A stretch of 64,000 nt of DNA from a virus (IMGVR_UViG_3300021431_000005:32001-96000), one strand, 5' to 3'; positions 49,898 to 59,352 are shown, numbered from the stretch's first letter. Program-made: numbers and translations. Notes: a model not told the origin generated them from the letters alone.

Positions 49898-50886
49898 CTA
49901 CTTTTTTATTTCTATATAATTAACACCATATAAATGAATGATGCCGCTATCGTCCTGTCTAAGATACCCGACAGGCTCTTTGCTCCTTAACACCATGTCA
50001 AAGAACGCTCCGTTTCTTGAACTAAATAATATATGGAACAGAGACATACTCAAATCCTTGTTCTCATCCTTTTCAAGTTCTTTGAGTAAGAAGAACATCG
50101 TGCTGTTACTTATTTTCATATCAGTAATCGCATTAGAACAGCGCTCTCGGATTTCGTTCATTGCTTTAAACTTTTCTTCATTCGTCGAGTTAGAGGCAGA
50201 GTAAACCATGTTAACATCGGCTTTCATTTCTCTGACCATTTCAAGAATGCGAATAATCTGATCTCGCTTCTGCGCTCCCTTTTTGTATAATGAGCTATCT
50301 ATTATATCAATGAATGCAACCTGATTTTTTCTGCCGTCCCACCTATATCGTGGTATATGGAATCTGCGAATAACAGACTGAACGTAGTCCATCGTTGTAT
50401 TATGCTGTTTGTAATTCTTTCGCTTTGAATTATAATACCCCTTAGACCTTGCAAGATGTCCAAAGAAGTTTGGTTTTATGTAACGTTGTTTGTTGTCCAA
50501 CCGCAGGTATTTGTCTTTGAGGATCCCGATTTCTTTTGCGCTATCTAACTGGTATTCTTTCTTTGCTTTATCAATCTCTACATTAGATAATATTGCCAGT
50601 TTCACAATATCATCGTACAACTCTTTGTTGTCCTCAAACGTTTCACCGCTGTTGATTTTATCCCAGAATAATGTATTAAGCTCTTGTGACAGGTTAACAA
50701 TCTCTCCAATCTTATTAACACTTGTCCTTATATCAAGGTCGCATTTGTCGGCATTATTGTAATAACGTTTTCTTTTGCTTGCTGATACTCTTGAAGTCGG
50801 TATAGCAAAGTTATTATAATTTTTCTCAGCAGCATCAATAAGTAGTTTGTTGTTTGTAAGTAGCATTGTATCGCTATCAAAGTCGC
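49898..50886 (-). CDS. YonO-like single-subunit RNA polymerase, exon 2
   Basis: After splicing reads (C)DFDSDTMLLTNN; IGEIVNLSQ...EIDKAKK...KPNFF...TTMDY motifs. Confidence 0.88.
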
Positions 50887-51196
50887 CATTGAACCCTCGG
50901 TTTCCCGATATTTCAGTAGGGGATTAGACTATTTCTTTATCTCAAAGAGATACTCGGCACTTCCACCGCAGAATTACACTGCAAGTGTATAGATTTCATC
51001 GACCAAATTGGTCGGTATATCTTAGTCGTTACATCTTCAAAGCCGTTACCGGCAATGCTTGACACGACATTATCATGTGGAACTAAATTATAATTTAGTT
51101 CTATTTAGATTCCGTCGTTAGCAGCTTTCGCTACACCCTGTATGTACAGGTTCACCGAGTTTGCTACCACACGTCGCCGCATGGTGGGGCGCATTC
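50887..51196 (-). ncRNA. Group I intron (310 nt, ORF-less) in RNAP active-site codon
   Basis: P1 GGGT|/GCCC; P3 ACTCGGT/GCCGAGT; P7 GACTA/TAGTC (R GTAACGACTAA, S AAGAAATAGTC); P9 CGG-GAAA-CCG; terminal G at 50887. Confidence 0.92.
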
Positions 51197-52991
51197 ACCC
51201 GTTCAACTTTTCAAGCAAATTCTCTCCAATACTATTTACACAAACTATCTCTTCCGAAAGATGAAAATATCTATCAATCCTCTCATCCGCCACATTATTG
51301 GCAAGCAGAATATTCCCTGCACAGATATGCGGACTTCTCGAACCTAATAATCTTGTTCCATAATCAAATCTAATATTATGTATATTCCCGACACCGAGTT
51401 CAGACTCGCCAGTAAATCTCCCAATTGAATGGAGTAACATCTCGTAAGGGTTGCCGAACAATGTAGAATAGTTGCCGTTGACAAGCACATGACCCGATTG
51501 AAGGTTTTTCTTAAACGATATAAGCAAGTCTCTAAGAAAATCGTGATACAGCTTTGTCTCAACGAAGCGATCATTAAGACCGAGCATCTGATAAATAACA
51601 TCGTTCTTGTTGTTTATTTCCTCAAATGTTATTTCCTGATTTTCGGGATATTTGATATGGTTTCTAACTACCGCAGGATTATAGCGCAGGCTTGTCATGT
51701 ATTCAAACGACTGAGCAAGTAACCGTTCTACTTCTTCGTATGACAACTGTAATGTATTCAATAATTGATAGTGAGTCTGCACAAGTCGCCCCTCGAAATA
51801 ATGAGTTGGCTTCTCATGCTTGACAATTCCAAATGACGTTTCCAAATTATCAAGCCACTGATCCAATGTTCCAAATTTAAGATATTTAATACTGCTGGGG
51901 GTTGTTATAAGCTTTATCTCGTCAATACTTTTCGCCCATGTGTAGCCATTAAGCTGCGATACATCGGTAATGCCATTGTCGGCAAAAAACTCTTGAATGT
52001 GTGTAGAGAACGCCGCAGTTTTAAAGAAGCGGTTTCGTAATAATAGCATTCCGTACTTCTGATATTTGCCAAACAGAGAATAGTCCATGAGGGTTTGACC
52101 GTCCCAAATACTGTTGTCTATTTCTACTTCTTCATTGTTGGTAACGAGTGTTTCACCGTCAAAAGAAACTGCGGCCGCTTTTGATTTAAATACGCTGTGA
52201 TAGTCGTCAATGACCAGTATATTCTCGGGCTGTATTTCAACCGTATCAATTATACTACTAAGAGTAAGCGATATATATGCTTCGTATGCGGCAAGGTCTA
52301 TCTCGGCATTGTTCTTTATTCTGAGTCCACAGCATTCCCACTTGTGCATCCTGCTGTACAACTTCTCGTCAATAAACAAGCATTTACCGACACGACTGCT
52401 ACCACTACTGCGTTTAAAACGTATGTATTTTATTCCGTCACACAAGAATCCGTTAGTGTAAAGTTCTTGTCTCAAATCCGCAACTGTATTCAAGACCTCT
52501 ATGTTGTCCTTGGCTTTGTATTTATTGTCCTCATAATAAAAGAACCGCCCGAGTTGTTCGTCATCAACAGGGGCGGTTACAGTCGTATTTACTTTTATGG
52601 CTATCAGTTCATTGTCTTTTAAACAAACGCAATCATCAAGTTCTATATCATTTATATCATAACCGAACTTGACGTATGTATCGGCGGTGACTCGATTGTA
52701 TTCTTTGTTGCTGTAATTAAACGTAACGTTTATGACTCGCTGTGAATATTCCTTGCCTGAGTCCATAAACGAAAAGCGTTTATTGTGGTAGACCTTTTGA
52801 TAAACCTCACGAAGTTTAAAAAGGTCAAGACAGTAGTCGAGATCGCCCGAGAACTTTTTCAGACTGATAGTTCCGTCACGGCGGCGGATATTATATCCAA
52901 TAGGGTTGGGTTTGTTATAATGGTTCGCTATGAATATATCTTTGGCATCGAGGTTAAGGATTTTAATTGACTTTGGTGTACTCATTCGCAT
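51197..52991 (-). CDS. YonO-like single-subunit RNA polymerase, exon 1
   Basis: FKRSSGSSRVGKCLFI, WDGQ, LLRNRFFK, RSPH motifs of the RdRP-like phage RNAP family; about 927 aa spliced. Confidence 0.88.
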
Positions 52992-53001
52992 CTCTCCTTT
53001 A

Positions 53002-53751
53002 TTACTCAAAAGCATGGTCTATAATATCGTTTTTCTTTTCGTATACTGTGAATTGAATATTCTGAACTTTACCTTTTGTGTAAACCTTGTCATACTTAAC
53101 TTGAATATCAGTTTTGGCATTGATTTCTTCAATTACCGGCATGAGTATTTTTTGGTTCATCTTTTGAAAGTTGCTCGTATAGTAATGCGATGATATGCGA
53201 AAAATATCTTTATTTAGTGTTGTTAAATCAATCATCCAATTTCGCCTAAAAGAATTATCTTTTAAATATTGATAGAGCAAGATGCTATACGAGCTTTTCA
53301 TCATTATTGTATTTTTTAAACTGTACTTGACATATCCCATTGATTCAATATTAAAGAATAAGCACTTGGCAAGTTCACTGCATTTTAATCTTATCTTGAC
53401 AATGCCAGTTTCTTCATCTGTGAATAAAGCAGCGCCATCAAACAAATTACAAACAAGAATACCGTTTTCATTGTTGTATGGAACCGTTGTTTGAATCTTT
53501 ATAATTTCCGAAAGACTTTTGATTAATGAAGGTTTGTTAATCCTTTGTACCCCAAGTAATTGTTCATACTCGTTAATATCAAATTCAACCACTGTGGATT
53601 CGGGATCGTGCGAGTTGATACGACTCAAATATGTGTCTAAAATTTTGAGTTGTCCTAATGTGTATGGCACCTCTGATGCCATTACCAAGGGGTGACTTTT
53701 TTGGACTATGTGGCTACCAGAGATTCCGTTTAATACTTTTTCATCATTCAT
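53002..53751 (-). CDS. Plasmid-type replication initiator (Rep_3/RepB family)
   Basis: VQKSHPL...LKILD.YLSRI...KSSYSILLYQYLK...IL.PVIEEINAKTDI.V.Y...KV..IQF winged-helix motifs. Confidence 0.85.
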   Translation of the reverse strand: MNDEKVLNGISGSHIVQKSHPLVMASEVPYTLGQLKILDTYLSRINSHDPESTVVEFDINEYEQLLGVQRINKPSLIKSLSEIIKIQTTVPYNNENGILVCNLFDGAALFTDEETGIVKIRLKCSELAKCLFFNIESMGYVKYSLKNTIMMKSSYSILLYQYLKDNSFRRNWMIDLTTLNKDIFRISSHYYTSNFQKMNQKILMPVIEEINAKTDIQVKYDKVYTKGKVQNIQFTVYEKKNDIIDHAFE

Positions 53752-53804
53752 TTAATTATCTCCTTTGTATACTGTACATATTTTTGTACTGATTTTCTTC
53801 TCTG

Positions 53805-53867
53805 TGATTTTCATGGGTACATCGCTGATTTTCATGGGTACATCACTGATTTTCATGGGTACATCAC
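53805..53867. repeat. Iterons: 3 x 21-bp direct repeat
   Basis: TGATTTTCATGGGTACATC(G/A)C at 53805, 53826 and 53847, just upstream of rep. Confidence 0.85.
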
Positions 53868-53909
53868 CCCTATTTATTTTCAAGTATTTATTGGTTTTAG
53901 ACACCGCCG

Positions 53910-53942
53910 TAATCAAGTATATAATCAAGTATATAATCAAGT
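53910..53942. repeat. AT-rich 12-bp tandem repeat (candidate unwinding element)
   Basis: TAATCAAGTATA x2 plus TAATCAAGT. Confidence 0.7.
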
Positions 53943-54207
53943 CTTTCTTGAGCACCAAATACATTTTCAAGACCATGACAATTTCTGTTATGAGCCTATA
54001 GGCTTCGAGCCGTAAACGTCTCTCGCTTTTGGCGAACACCCTACAAGTAAGTAACGTTAAATAAAGTGTTCGCCAAAAAATAAACGCCACGAGAAAAATA
54101 TGGCGTTGAATTAAGCGAAAGGCGGAAAGAGGTATCATCTTTCTTTTGTTTGGTATCTGCCCTTTCGGGTAGATTCATATTCAGTTTTCAAATTACACAG
54201 GCATCAA

Positions 54208-54933
54208 TTAAAGCAGATCAGAGATCGCATCGTAATATCTGTCTTGTCTTTCACGGTCGAGTCCACAGTACCTCAGCGTAGTCCTGCTTGAACTGTGATT
54301 AAACATTTCCTGTACATCTGCGAGCGTGAGGACATCGTTAGGGTTTGAGCGTATCGTGTGGTAGCCAAACGTCTTTCGCATAGTATGTGTGCTAAGATGC
54401 TCTTCAAGTCCAAGGGCTTCCTGCGGTGCGTGGACTATCCTATAGAGTTGGCTCTTATCTAACTTGCCACCACGTTCAGACTGAATCAGGTAGTCATCGA
54501 ATGTCAGCTTTTTCTTGGTGACGAACAGGTAGTCTCTGATTGCTTCTGCGGCACGAGCGCTAAGTTTGGGATCGTTCCTTTTATTGGTCTTTTGTTCTCT
54601 GATTATTATGTGATGCTTAAACGAGCCGTCCTCGTTAATCACATCTCCGATTCTAAGATTGAGAACATCGCTTGCTCTAAGCCCTGTACTGGTTCCGAGG
54701 ATGAATGCCATTAAATTGCGGCGACCGTACCACTCTGTTTTGGCGTTGCTCAAGATATACTCTTCGATCTGTTTGAGAACTTCGGGGTCTCGGATAGGCT
54801 CGGCGGCGGTTGCCTTTTTGATGTTTTTCGAGGTGTACCGTGAGGTCTTGTCTGACTTCTTCGGCTGTACGAACTGCGAGATTTCAATGCTTGTTGCCGT
54901 GGATTCGGGCGAGATTTTTCTTGCTGTGTTCAT
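54208..54933 (-). CDS. Catalytic-domain-only tyrosine recombinase (resolvase-like)
   Basis: TGLRASD, EQKT, STHTMRKTFGY, FNHSS...TLRY. Confidence 0.9.
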   Translation of the reverse strand: MNTARKISPESTATSIEISQFVQPKKSDKTSRYTSKNIKKATAAEPIRDPEVLKQIEEYILSNAKTEWYGRRNLMAFILGTSTGLRASDVLNLRIGDVINEDGSFKHHIIIREQKTNKRNDPKLSARAAEAIRDYLFVTKKKLTFDDYLIQSERGGKLDKSQLYRIVHAPQEALGLEEHLSTHTMRKTFGYHTIRSNPNDVLTLADVQEMFNHSSSRTTLRYCGLDRERQDRYYDAISDLL

Positions 54934-54992
54934 TTGAAAACTTCCTTTCGTTATCTGGGACTTGCAACTTTTCTATCCCTTTCGGTAATACA

Positions 54993-55021
54993 ATTATACC
55001 ATACTTTTCACTATTTGTCAA
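54993..55021 (-). promoter_or_regulatory. Consensus sigma-A promoter of recombinase (and possibly rep/RNAP operon)
   Basis: TTGACA-17bp-TATAAT with TG. Confidence 0.8.
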
Positions 55022-55427
55022 GCTGATTTTCCAAATTATACCCAAGGAATATTTTCCTGCGTTGAAGCTGGAACGACTAGGATTGGGCGGATTGACGAGG
55101 GGCTGTTTGAAGCCTGAGACGCAGTTGACGAGCTAAGAGTGGTGTTGTAGTGCGTCTATTCATGCGTTATTGCGCTTCCTATTATTAATATATGCGATTT
55201 GAAATTGTTGCTCAAGTTCACGAAAATTTTACAATTTAATTTGGGCGACTTGAAAGTGTGCAAGTGGAATAGGGGATGGGGTGGAAATTGGGAAGGATGG
55301 GGCGGTTGAATTTGGGGTGGGGATAGAAGAGGGTGACTGACACGCCCGACATTATTATAAAAATAAAGAAATTTTTCTCAACCCCCTACTTGCACACTAT
55401 GTCAAAAAGTGTGTAAGTGGCTAGGGC

Positions 55428-55456
55428 TTGCATAGTTGGGGTATTTGTGATAGTAT
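55428..55456 (+). promoter_or_regulatory. Rightward early promoter
   Basis: TTGCAT-17bp-TAGTAT with TG; followed by hairpin-rich leader. Confidence 0.55.
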
Positions 55457-55769
55457 GTTGTTGCGGTCAACGAATGACCGCCCCCGAAAGGGGTTAAAAG
55501 AAAATAGAACATCAACGACATGAACCAACTTGCCACAATAGCACGTGCCGAACTTCCGGGGCGTTGAATGGTAAGGGTTGAAGATGTTCGGGGTTATAGT
55601 TCTTCCCTTGTTACTTCCCTTGTTATAACGGAAGATGCGCCCGATGCAACTTGAAAATTGAATAGACTTTACAACGATAACCCAAAAGGGTCATGTAATG
55701 TAAAGCCAGGCCGTTTAAAACTATGCACATTCGATAAATGTGTAAAATTATGAAAAGAGGTATTTTTAT

Positions 55770-56481
55770 TATGGAACTCAAACTTTTTAACGGTATTTTC
55801 GATGTAACGCCCGAAAATAAGAACAACAAAACTCCTAGGGAAGTTTTTGTGGAAGAGTGCAAAAGTGTTTGTGAAACACCTTTTGACCTTTACCGCAAAT
55901 TAAGTGTAAACGGTTTTAAGTATAAGCTATCACTTAAACTTCTTAAAGATGTTTTTGGGGAATATCGCGCCAATAGAGTGAATAACGGTATTTCAAGAGA
56001 TGTTTCAGCCCTTGTTTATGCCGTTATTGCGTACCATGTAGATATGAGAAACGTTGATAAGACAGTGAATGGTGCTAGACGTGCCGCAATTCGTGACGGA
56101 ATTAAAAGCGTTTTGTTCGCTTTTGGTATACCCACGGAAGACATCAAGGATATAAGCAATGCTAAAATAGCGGAACTTGCTTATCGCCTGACAGAATTCA
56201 AAACGGCAAAAGGTAAACGTATACTTGACACGGCAAGCACCTATAAAGCATTACAAGTTATTCTTGATATGTTTGTTTCTTCCGATAATCTCGGCGATGC
56301 CGGTATGAGGGCGTACAAGAAAATGAATAAAGCTCTTGACAAAAGTTTTGAAAAGGGGAATGAACGTACTTTAAACAAACTTCCGGAACAGACAGAAGAA
56401 CAGACAGAACAGACAGAAGAACTTCCGGAACAGACAGAAGAACAGACAGAACAGACAGAAGAACAGACAGAACAGGCATAA
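55770..56481 (+). CDS. First early gene; hypothetical with acidic EQT-repeat tail
   Basis: GAGGT RBS before ATG 55770; C-terminal (LPEQTEEQTEQTEE)x2. Confidence 0.7.
56380..56475 (+). repeat. Coding tandem repeat (42-bp unit built of GAACAGACA)
   Basis: Directly visible. Confidence 0.85.
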
Positions 56482-56593
56482 AAACACAGCCTCCACGGAG
56501 GCCCCTTCGGGGGTCTCCCCTTTTATTACACGCGCGTTTTTTTTACGCGCAATAATACAACGCCTGTTTTTTTTCGGGCGCAAAATCCTGTTA

Positions 56594-56770
56594 TACGCGC
56601 AACAGGTCTGAAATTCCGAACTCTTTTTTTACGCGCGACAGGTCTGAAATTCCTGTCTGTTGGCAAAAATTAGAGTGAATTTCATCTTTACGCGCAACAG
56701 GTCTGAAATTCCCGACTATTGGCAAAATCAGGTGACAATTGTGCCTTTACGTGCCAAAAGTCTGAGTTTC
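56594..56770. repeat. Non-coding direct repeats TACGCGC(A/G)ACAGGTCTGAAATTCC
   Basis: Copies at 56594, 56630 and 56689, degenerate at 56748; last three have a 59-bp period. Confidence 0.8.
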
Positions 56771-56838
56771 AGTGGTTCTTGCGCTTTCTGAGAGATTTGT
56801 GCGCTCAAACAAGTCTCTATCCATTCCCGAACGGGATT

Positions 56839-56879
56839 ACTACGCTATCCCCAGCGTTACAGGGGAGGAAGGCAAGTTT
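56839..56879 (+). ncRNA. Repeat element A, copy 1 (5'-UTR pseudoknot candidate)
   Basis: ACTACGCTATCCCCAGCGTTACAGGGGA identical to 57604-57631. Confidence 0.6.
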
Positions 56880-56880
56880 T

Positions 56881-57129
56881 ATGGATATGGAGAAGGCAAG
56901 GTTTGCCATAAAGTATTTCGTGGAGGAAGTCAGGGAATATGACGATCTACCCCAAATAATAAAAGACGAGGTAGATGCAGTTATTCTTCTGGTCAAGACG
57001 GGGCTCATTGATGAGGATGAACCGCTTGCGATATGGGCGGTTGCTCTAAACGGGGGGGAAGAACGTAGGCAGGGCAACAAGAACGTTGGCGGCATAACCC
57101 GTGTAAAATCAAAAGAAAGGGAGGTGTAA
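56881..57129 (+). CDS. Hypothetical early protein
   Basis: ATG immediately after element A; track ORF start is probably too far upstream. Confidence 0.6.
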   Translation: MDMEKARFAIKYFVEEVREYDDLPQIIKDEVDAVILLVKTGLIDEDEPLAIWAVALNGGEERRQGNKNVGGITRVKSKEREV

Positions 57130-57131
57130 TT

Positions 57132-57554
57132 ATGCCACACGGAGGTATCCAAGTGAGGGAGTGTAAATACGACACTCTTCAATGGCACGGGTTCACCGTC
57201 AAGCAGGGAATGCTTTTCGGTGAGCACAACGGTACTCTGTTCGTATGGACGGGCAGAGTGCGCCCAAGAAAAACACCCGAGGGCGTAATAGTAGGCAAAG
57301 AAGTGAAAATCTTCACTTCGATTAAGAAAAGGTCGGATAACCCCGACCAGACACCAAACCCGTGGGGCGAAAAGTGGATTTTCTGCGGTAACGGCATGGG
57401 TAAGAAAATTCTCGAAAAGTCGTTGTTGCGGGAATACAAGATAATACCGCCCCCGAAATTCGAGGGTAAAGGTGGACGCGCCTTGTTTACCTCAAACAAG
57501 AGTAATCACAATATCGCCGCTGAAAAGGCATATTATTGGGATTGTCGTCAGTAA
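57132..57554 (+). CDS. Hypothetical early protein (basic)
   Basis: GGAGGTG RBS. Confidence 0.65.
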   Translation: MPHGGIQVRECKYDTLQWHGFTVKQGMLFGEHNGTLFVWTGRVRPRKTPEGVIVGKEVKIFTSIKKRSDNPDQTPNPWGEKWIFCGNGMGKKILEKSLLREYKIIPPPKFEGKGGRALFTSNKSNHNIAAEKAYYWDCRQ

Positions 57555-57559
57555 AGCCC

Positions 57560-57598
57560 GCTCGTCTAATGGGTTGCGAGCATAAATAAAACTCATTA
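57560..57598 (+). ncRNA. Repeat element B, copy 1 (H-type pseudoknot candidate)
   Basis: GCTCG/CGAGC stem; loop TAATGGGTT pairs with downstream AACTCATTA. Confidence 0.6.
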
Positions 57599-57603
57599 CC
57601 ACA

Positions 57604-57644
57604 ACTACGCTATCCCCAGCGTTACAGGGGAGAAAGGCAAGTTT
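57604..57644 (+). ncRNA. Repeat element A, copy 2
   Basis: Identical 28-nt core, then GAAAGGCAAGTTT-ATG. Confidence 0.6.
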
Positions 57645-57818
57645 ATGAAGATGTTCAAAATAAAGTATTGGGAATTCGGGTTAACACCCGTTTTTGACGA
57701 TAACGGAGAGGAGGTACAGATCGCCGCTAATTCTACGGCAGAGGCGCTCGACAAGTTCTTTGCTGAGTATCCTGTTCCTTATGAGGACATGGACGCCATG
57801 TGCGCCGTGCCCGCATAA
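57645..57818 (+). CDS. Small acidic hypothetical protein (57 aa, MKMFKIKYWEFG...)
   Basis: Hand-translated; below ORF-track cutoff; bracketed by elements A and B. Confidence 0.65.
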   Translation: MKMFKIKYWEFGLTPVFDDNGEEVQIAANSTAEALDKFFAEYPVPYEDMDAMCAVPA

Positions 57819-57824
57819 AGGAGT

Positions 57825-57862
57825 CTCGTCTAATGGGTTGCGAGCCTAAACAAAACCCATTG
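57825..57862 (+). ncRNA. Repeat element B, copy 2
   Basis: CTCGTCTAATGGGTTGCGAG...AAAACCCATTG. Confidence 0.6.
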
Positions 57863-57867
57863 TTAAC

Positions 57868-57956
57868 GCTGACATAGCCGAATTGGTTAAAGGCGCGGAC
57901 TCAAAGTCCGTTTCCGAAGTACAAGGAATCTGTTGGTTCGAGTCCAACTGTCAGCA
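57868..57956 (+). tRNA. tRNA-Leu(CAA)
   Basis: GCTGACA/TGTCAGC acceptor, GCGGA-CTCAAAG-TCCGT anticodon arm, long variable arm, GGTTCGAGTCC. Confidence 0.85.
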
Positions 57957-58032
57957 TCGCCGTCACAAATGTGGCGGTTTTTTTATGCCCAAATTTCAAA
58001 GGGGCAAATATTATTGTTTGGAGGAAATTAAC

Positions 58033-58350
58033 ATGAAACTCATCAATCTCACGCCGCATGACATCACGATCGTGCGCCCCGACAGGAATATCCTTATCCT
58101 TGCGAGCGGCAGTCTTGCAAGGGTTTCCGCCAAAACCGAGACTATCGGCGAACTTGACGGCATTCCTGTAACCGAAACTGTTTTCGGCGAAGTCGAAGGT
58201 CTGCCTGCACCTAAGGACGGCGTTGCCTACATTGTTTCCTCGCTTGTGGCAGGACGTGTCCCCGAACGTTCAGATGTTTTCATTCCGAACGAGAGCATAA
58301 GGGATGAAAACGGCGGGATTGTCGGGTGCAAGTCGCTCGGCAGAATATGA
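58033..58350 (+). CDS. Conserved phage hypothetical protein (NLTPH family)
   Basis: MKLINLTPHDI...GLPAP..G..YIVS.LV...R.DV..P....RDE.G.IVGC; GGAGG RBS. Confidence 0.75.
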   Translation: MKLINLTPHDITIVRPDRNILILASGSLARVSAKTETIGELDGIPVTETVFGEVEGLPAPKDGVAYIVSSLVAGRVPERSDVFIPNESIRDENGGIVGCKSLGRI

Positions 58351-58364
58351 AAGGAGAAATACGA

Positions 58365-58574
58365 ATGAAAGCAGGAGAAATTATCGCAAGAGCAAATACA
58401 TTCCTTGCACTGTCAAGAGATAACTCGGTCGCCGAATCCGAGCAAAAGTCGGCGTACCGAACAGCTCAGGAGTATCTGAGCAAGCTCGACGCAATGGGTA
58501 TTGAGTATTTTTATAGCATGAGGTCGGCGACATACGTCATTGATTACTCGGCTATGAGAACAATCACAGCATGA
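58365..58574 (+). CDS. Hypothetical protein
   Basis: AAGGAG RBS before ATG. Confidence 0.65.
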   Translation: MKAGEIIARANTFLALSRDNSVAESEQKSAYRTAQEYLSKLDAMGIEYFYSMRSATYVIDYSAMRTITA

Positions 58575-58588
58575 AAGGAGAGAACGAA

Positions 58589-58834
58589 ATGAGCGAAAAA
58601 TGCTATGGCAGAAAGAGAGTTCACTCTTCTGACGGCAAGCGTATTGCCGACGTAGAATGTTGGGAACTCGACGGAAAGGTCATATACCGCACAATGGTTT
58701 ATGATTCCAATATGTTCTTGACAAACTGTTCCGTTTTGGAAAACGAGGACGATGCCATGACTATTGCGGCTGATTATTTCTACCCCGCTGAGTTGGTCTA
58801 TGGCGACATGATTTCTAAAATGCGGAATCTATAA
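58589..58834 (+). CDS. Hypothetical protein
   Basis: AAGGAG RBS before ATG. Confidence 0.65.
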   Translation: MSEKCYGRKRVHSSDGKRIADVECWELDGKVIYRTMVYDSNMFLTNCSVLENEDDAMTIAADYFYPAELVYGDMISKMRNL

Positions 58835-58868
58835 GGGTTTCGCAGACACTTTTAAGGAGGAAAGTAAA

Positions 58869-59075
58869 ATGGGAAACGGAGTTAACTATATCATCGAGGG
58901 TTCTTATCCCATCACAATCCACAAGCGCACGGTGGAAATAAAAGGAAGGAGGTGGGCGATGTGTAGGACGTATATCAATCAGGGTGTGCGCCACTTCGTT
59001 GCCGCAGCTTTGGTCGGCGAAGAGAAGATTGATTTCGTCTTAAAAGGCAGAAATGCCTTAATATGCGAACACTGA
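58869..59075 (+). CDS. Hypothetical protein
   Basis: AAGGAGG RBS. Confidence 0.65.
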   Translation: MGNGVNYIIEGSYPITIHKRTVEIKGRRWAMCRTYINQGVRHFVAAALVGEEKIDFVLKGRNALICEH

Positions 59076-59352
59076 GAGGAGGCGAGTCTTTTGAATAATA
59101 TCGCACAGAAAGAGGTGATGCATATGACCTAATGTAAGCGTACCTACTCTGTCGAACAGCAAAAATCACGCTGGCTGTATCGCAGAGCAAGGGCGCTTTT
59201 AATATTAGGAAAGATTGGGTGGCCGGCTACCACAAGAAAAGAGGTGACGATATATATGATTGTTCGCTAATGGCTTCTGAAGGATTGTGCCACAAACAGT
59301 CCTATCCCAACGCACAGATTGTGCGAATTATTTTTAAGGAGGCTCTTTTGTT

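Noticed and set aside
53752-54138. ORFs with DVPMKIS / LIFMGTS repeats
   Set aside because: Translation artefact of the 21-bp iterons.
56594-56770. Mini CRISPR array
   Set aside because: Spacers are uneven (12, 35, 35 nt) and similar to each other (TTGGCAAAA), the repeat is non-palindromic, and no cas genes are present.
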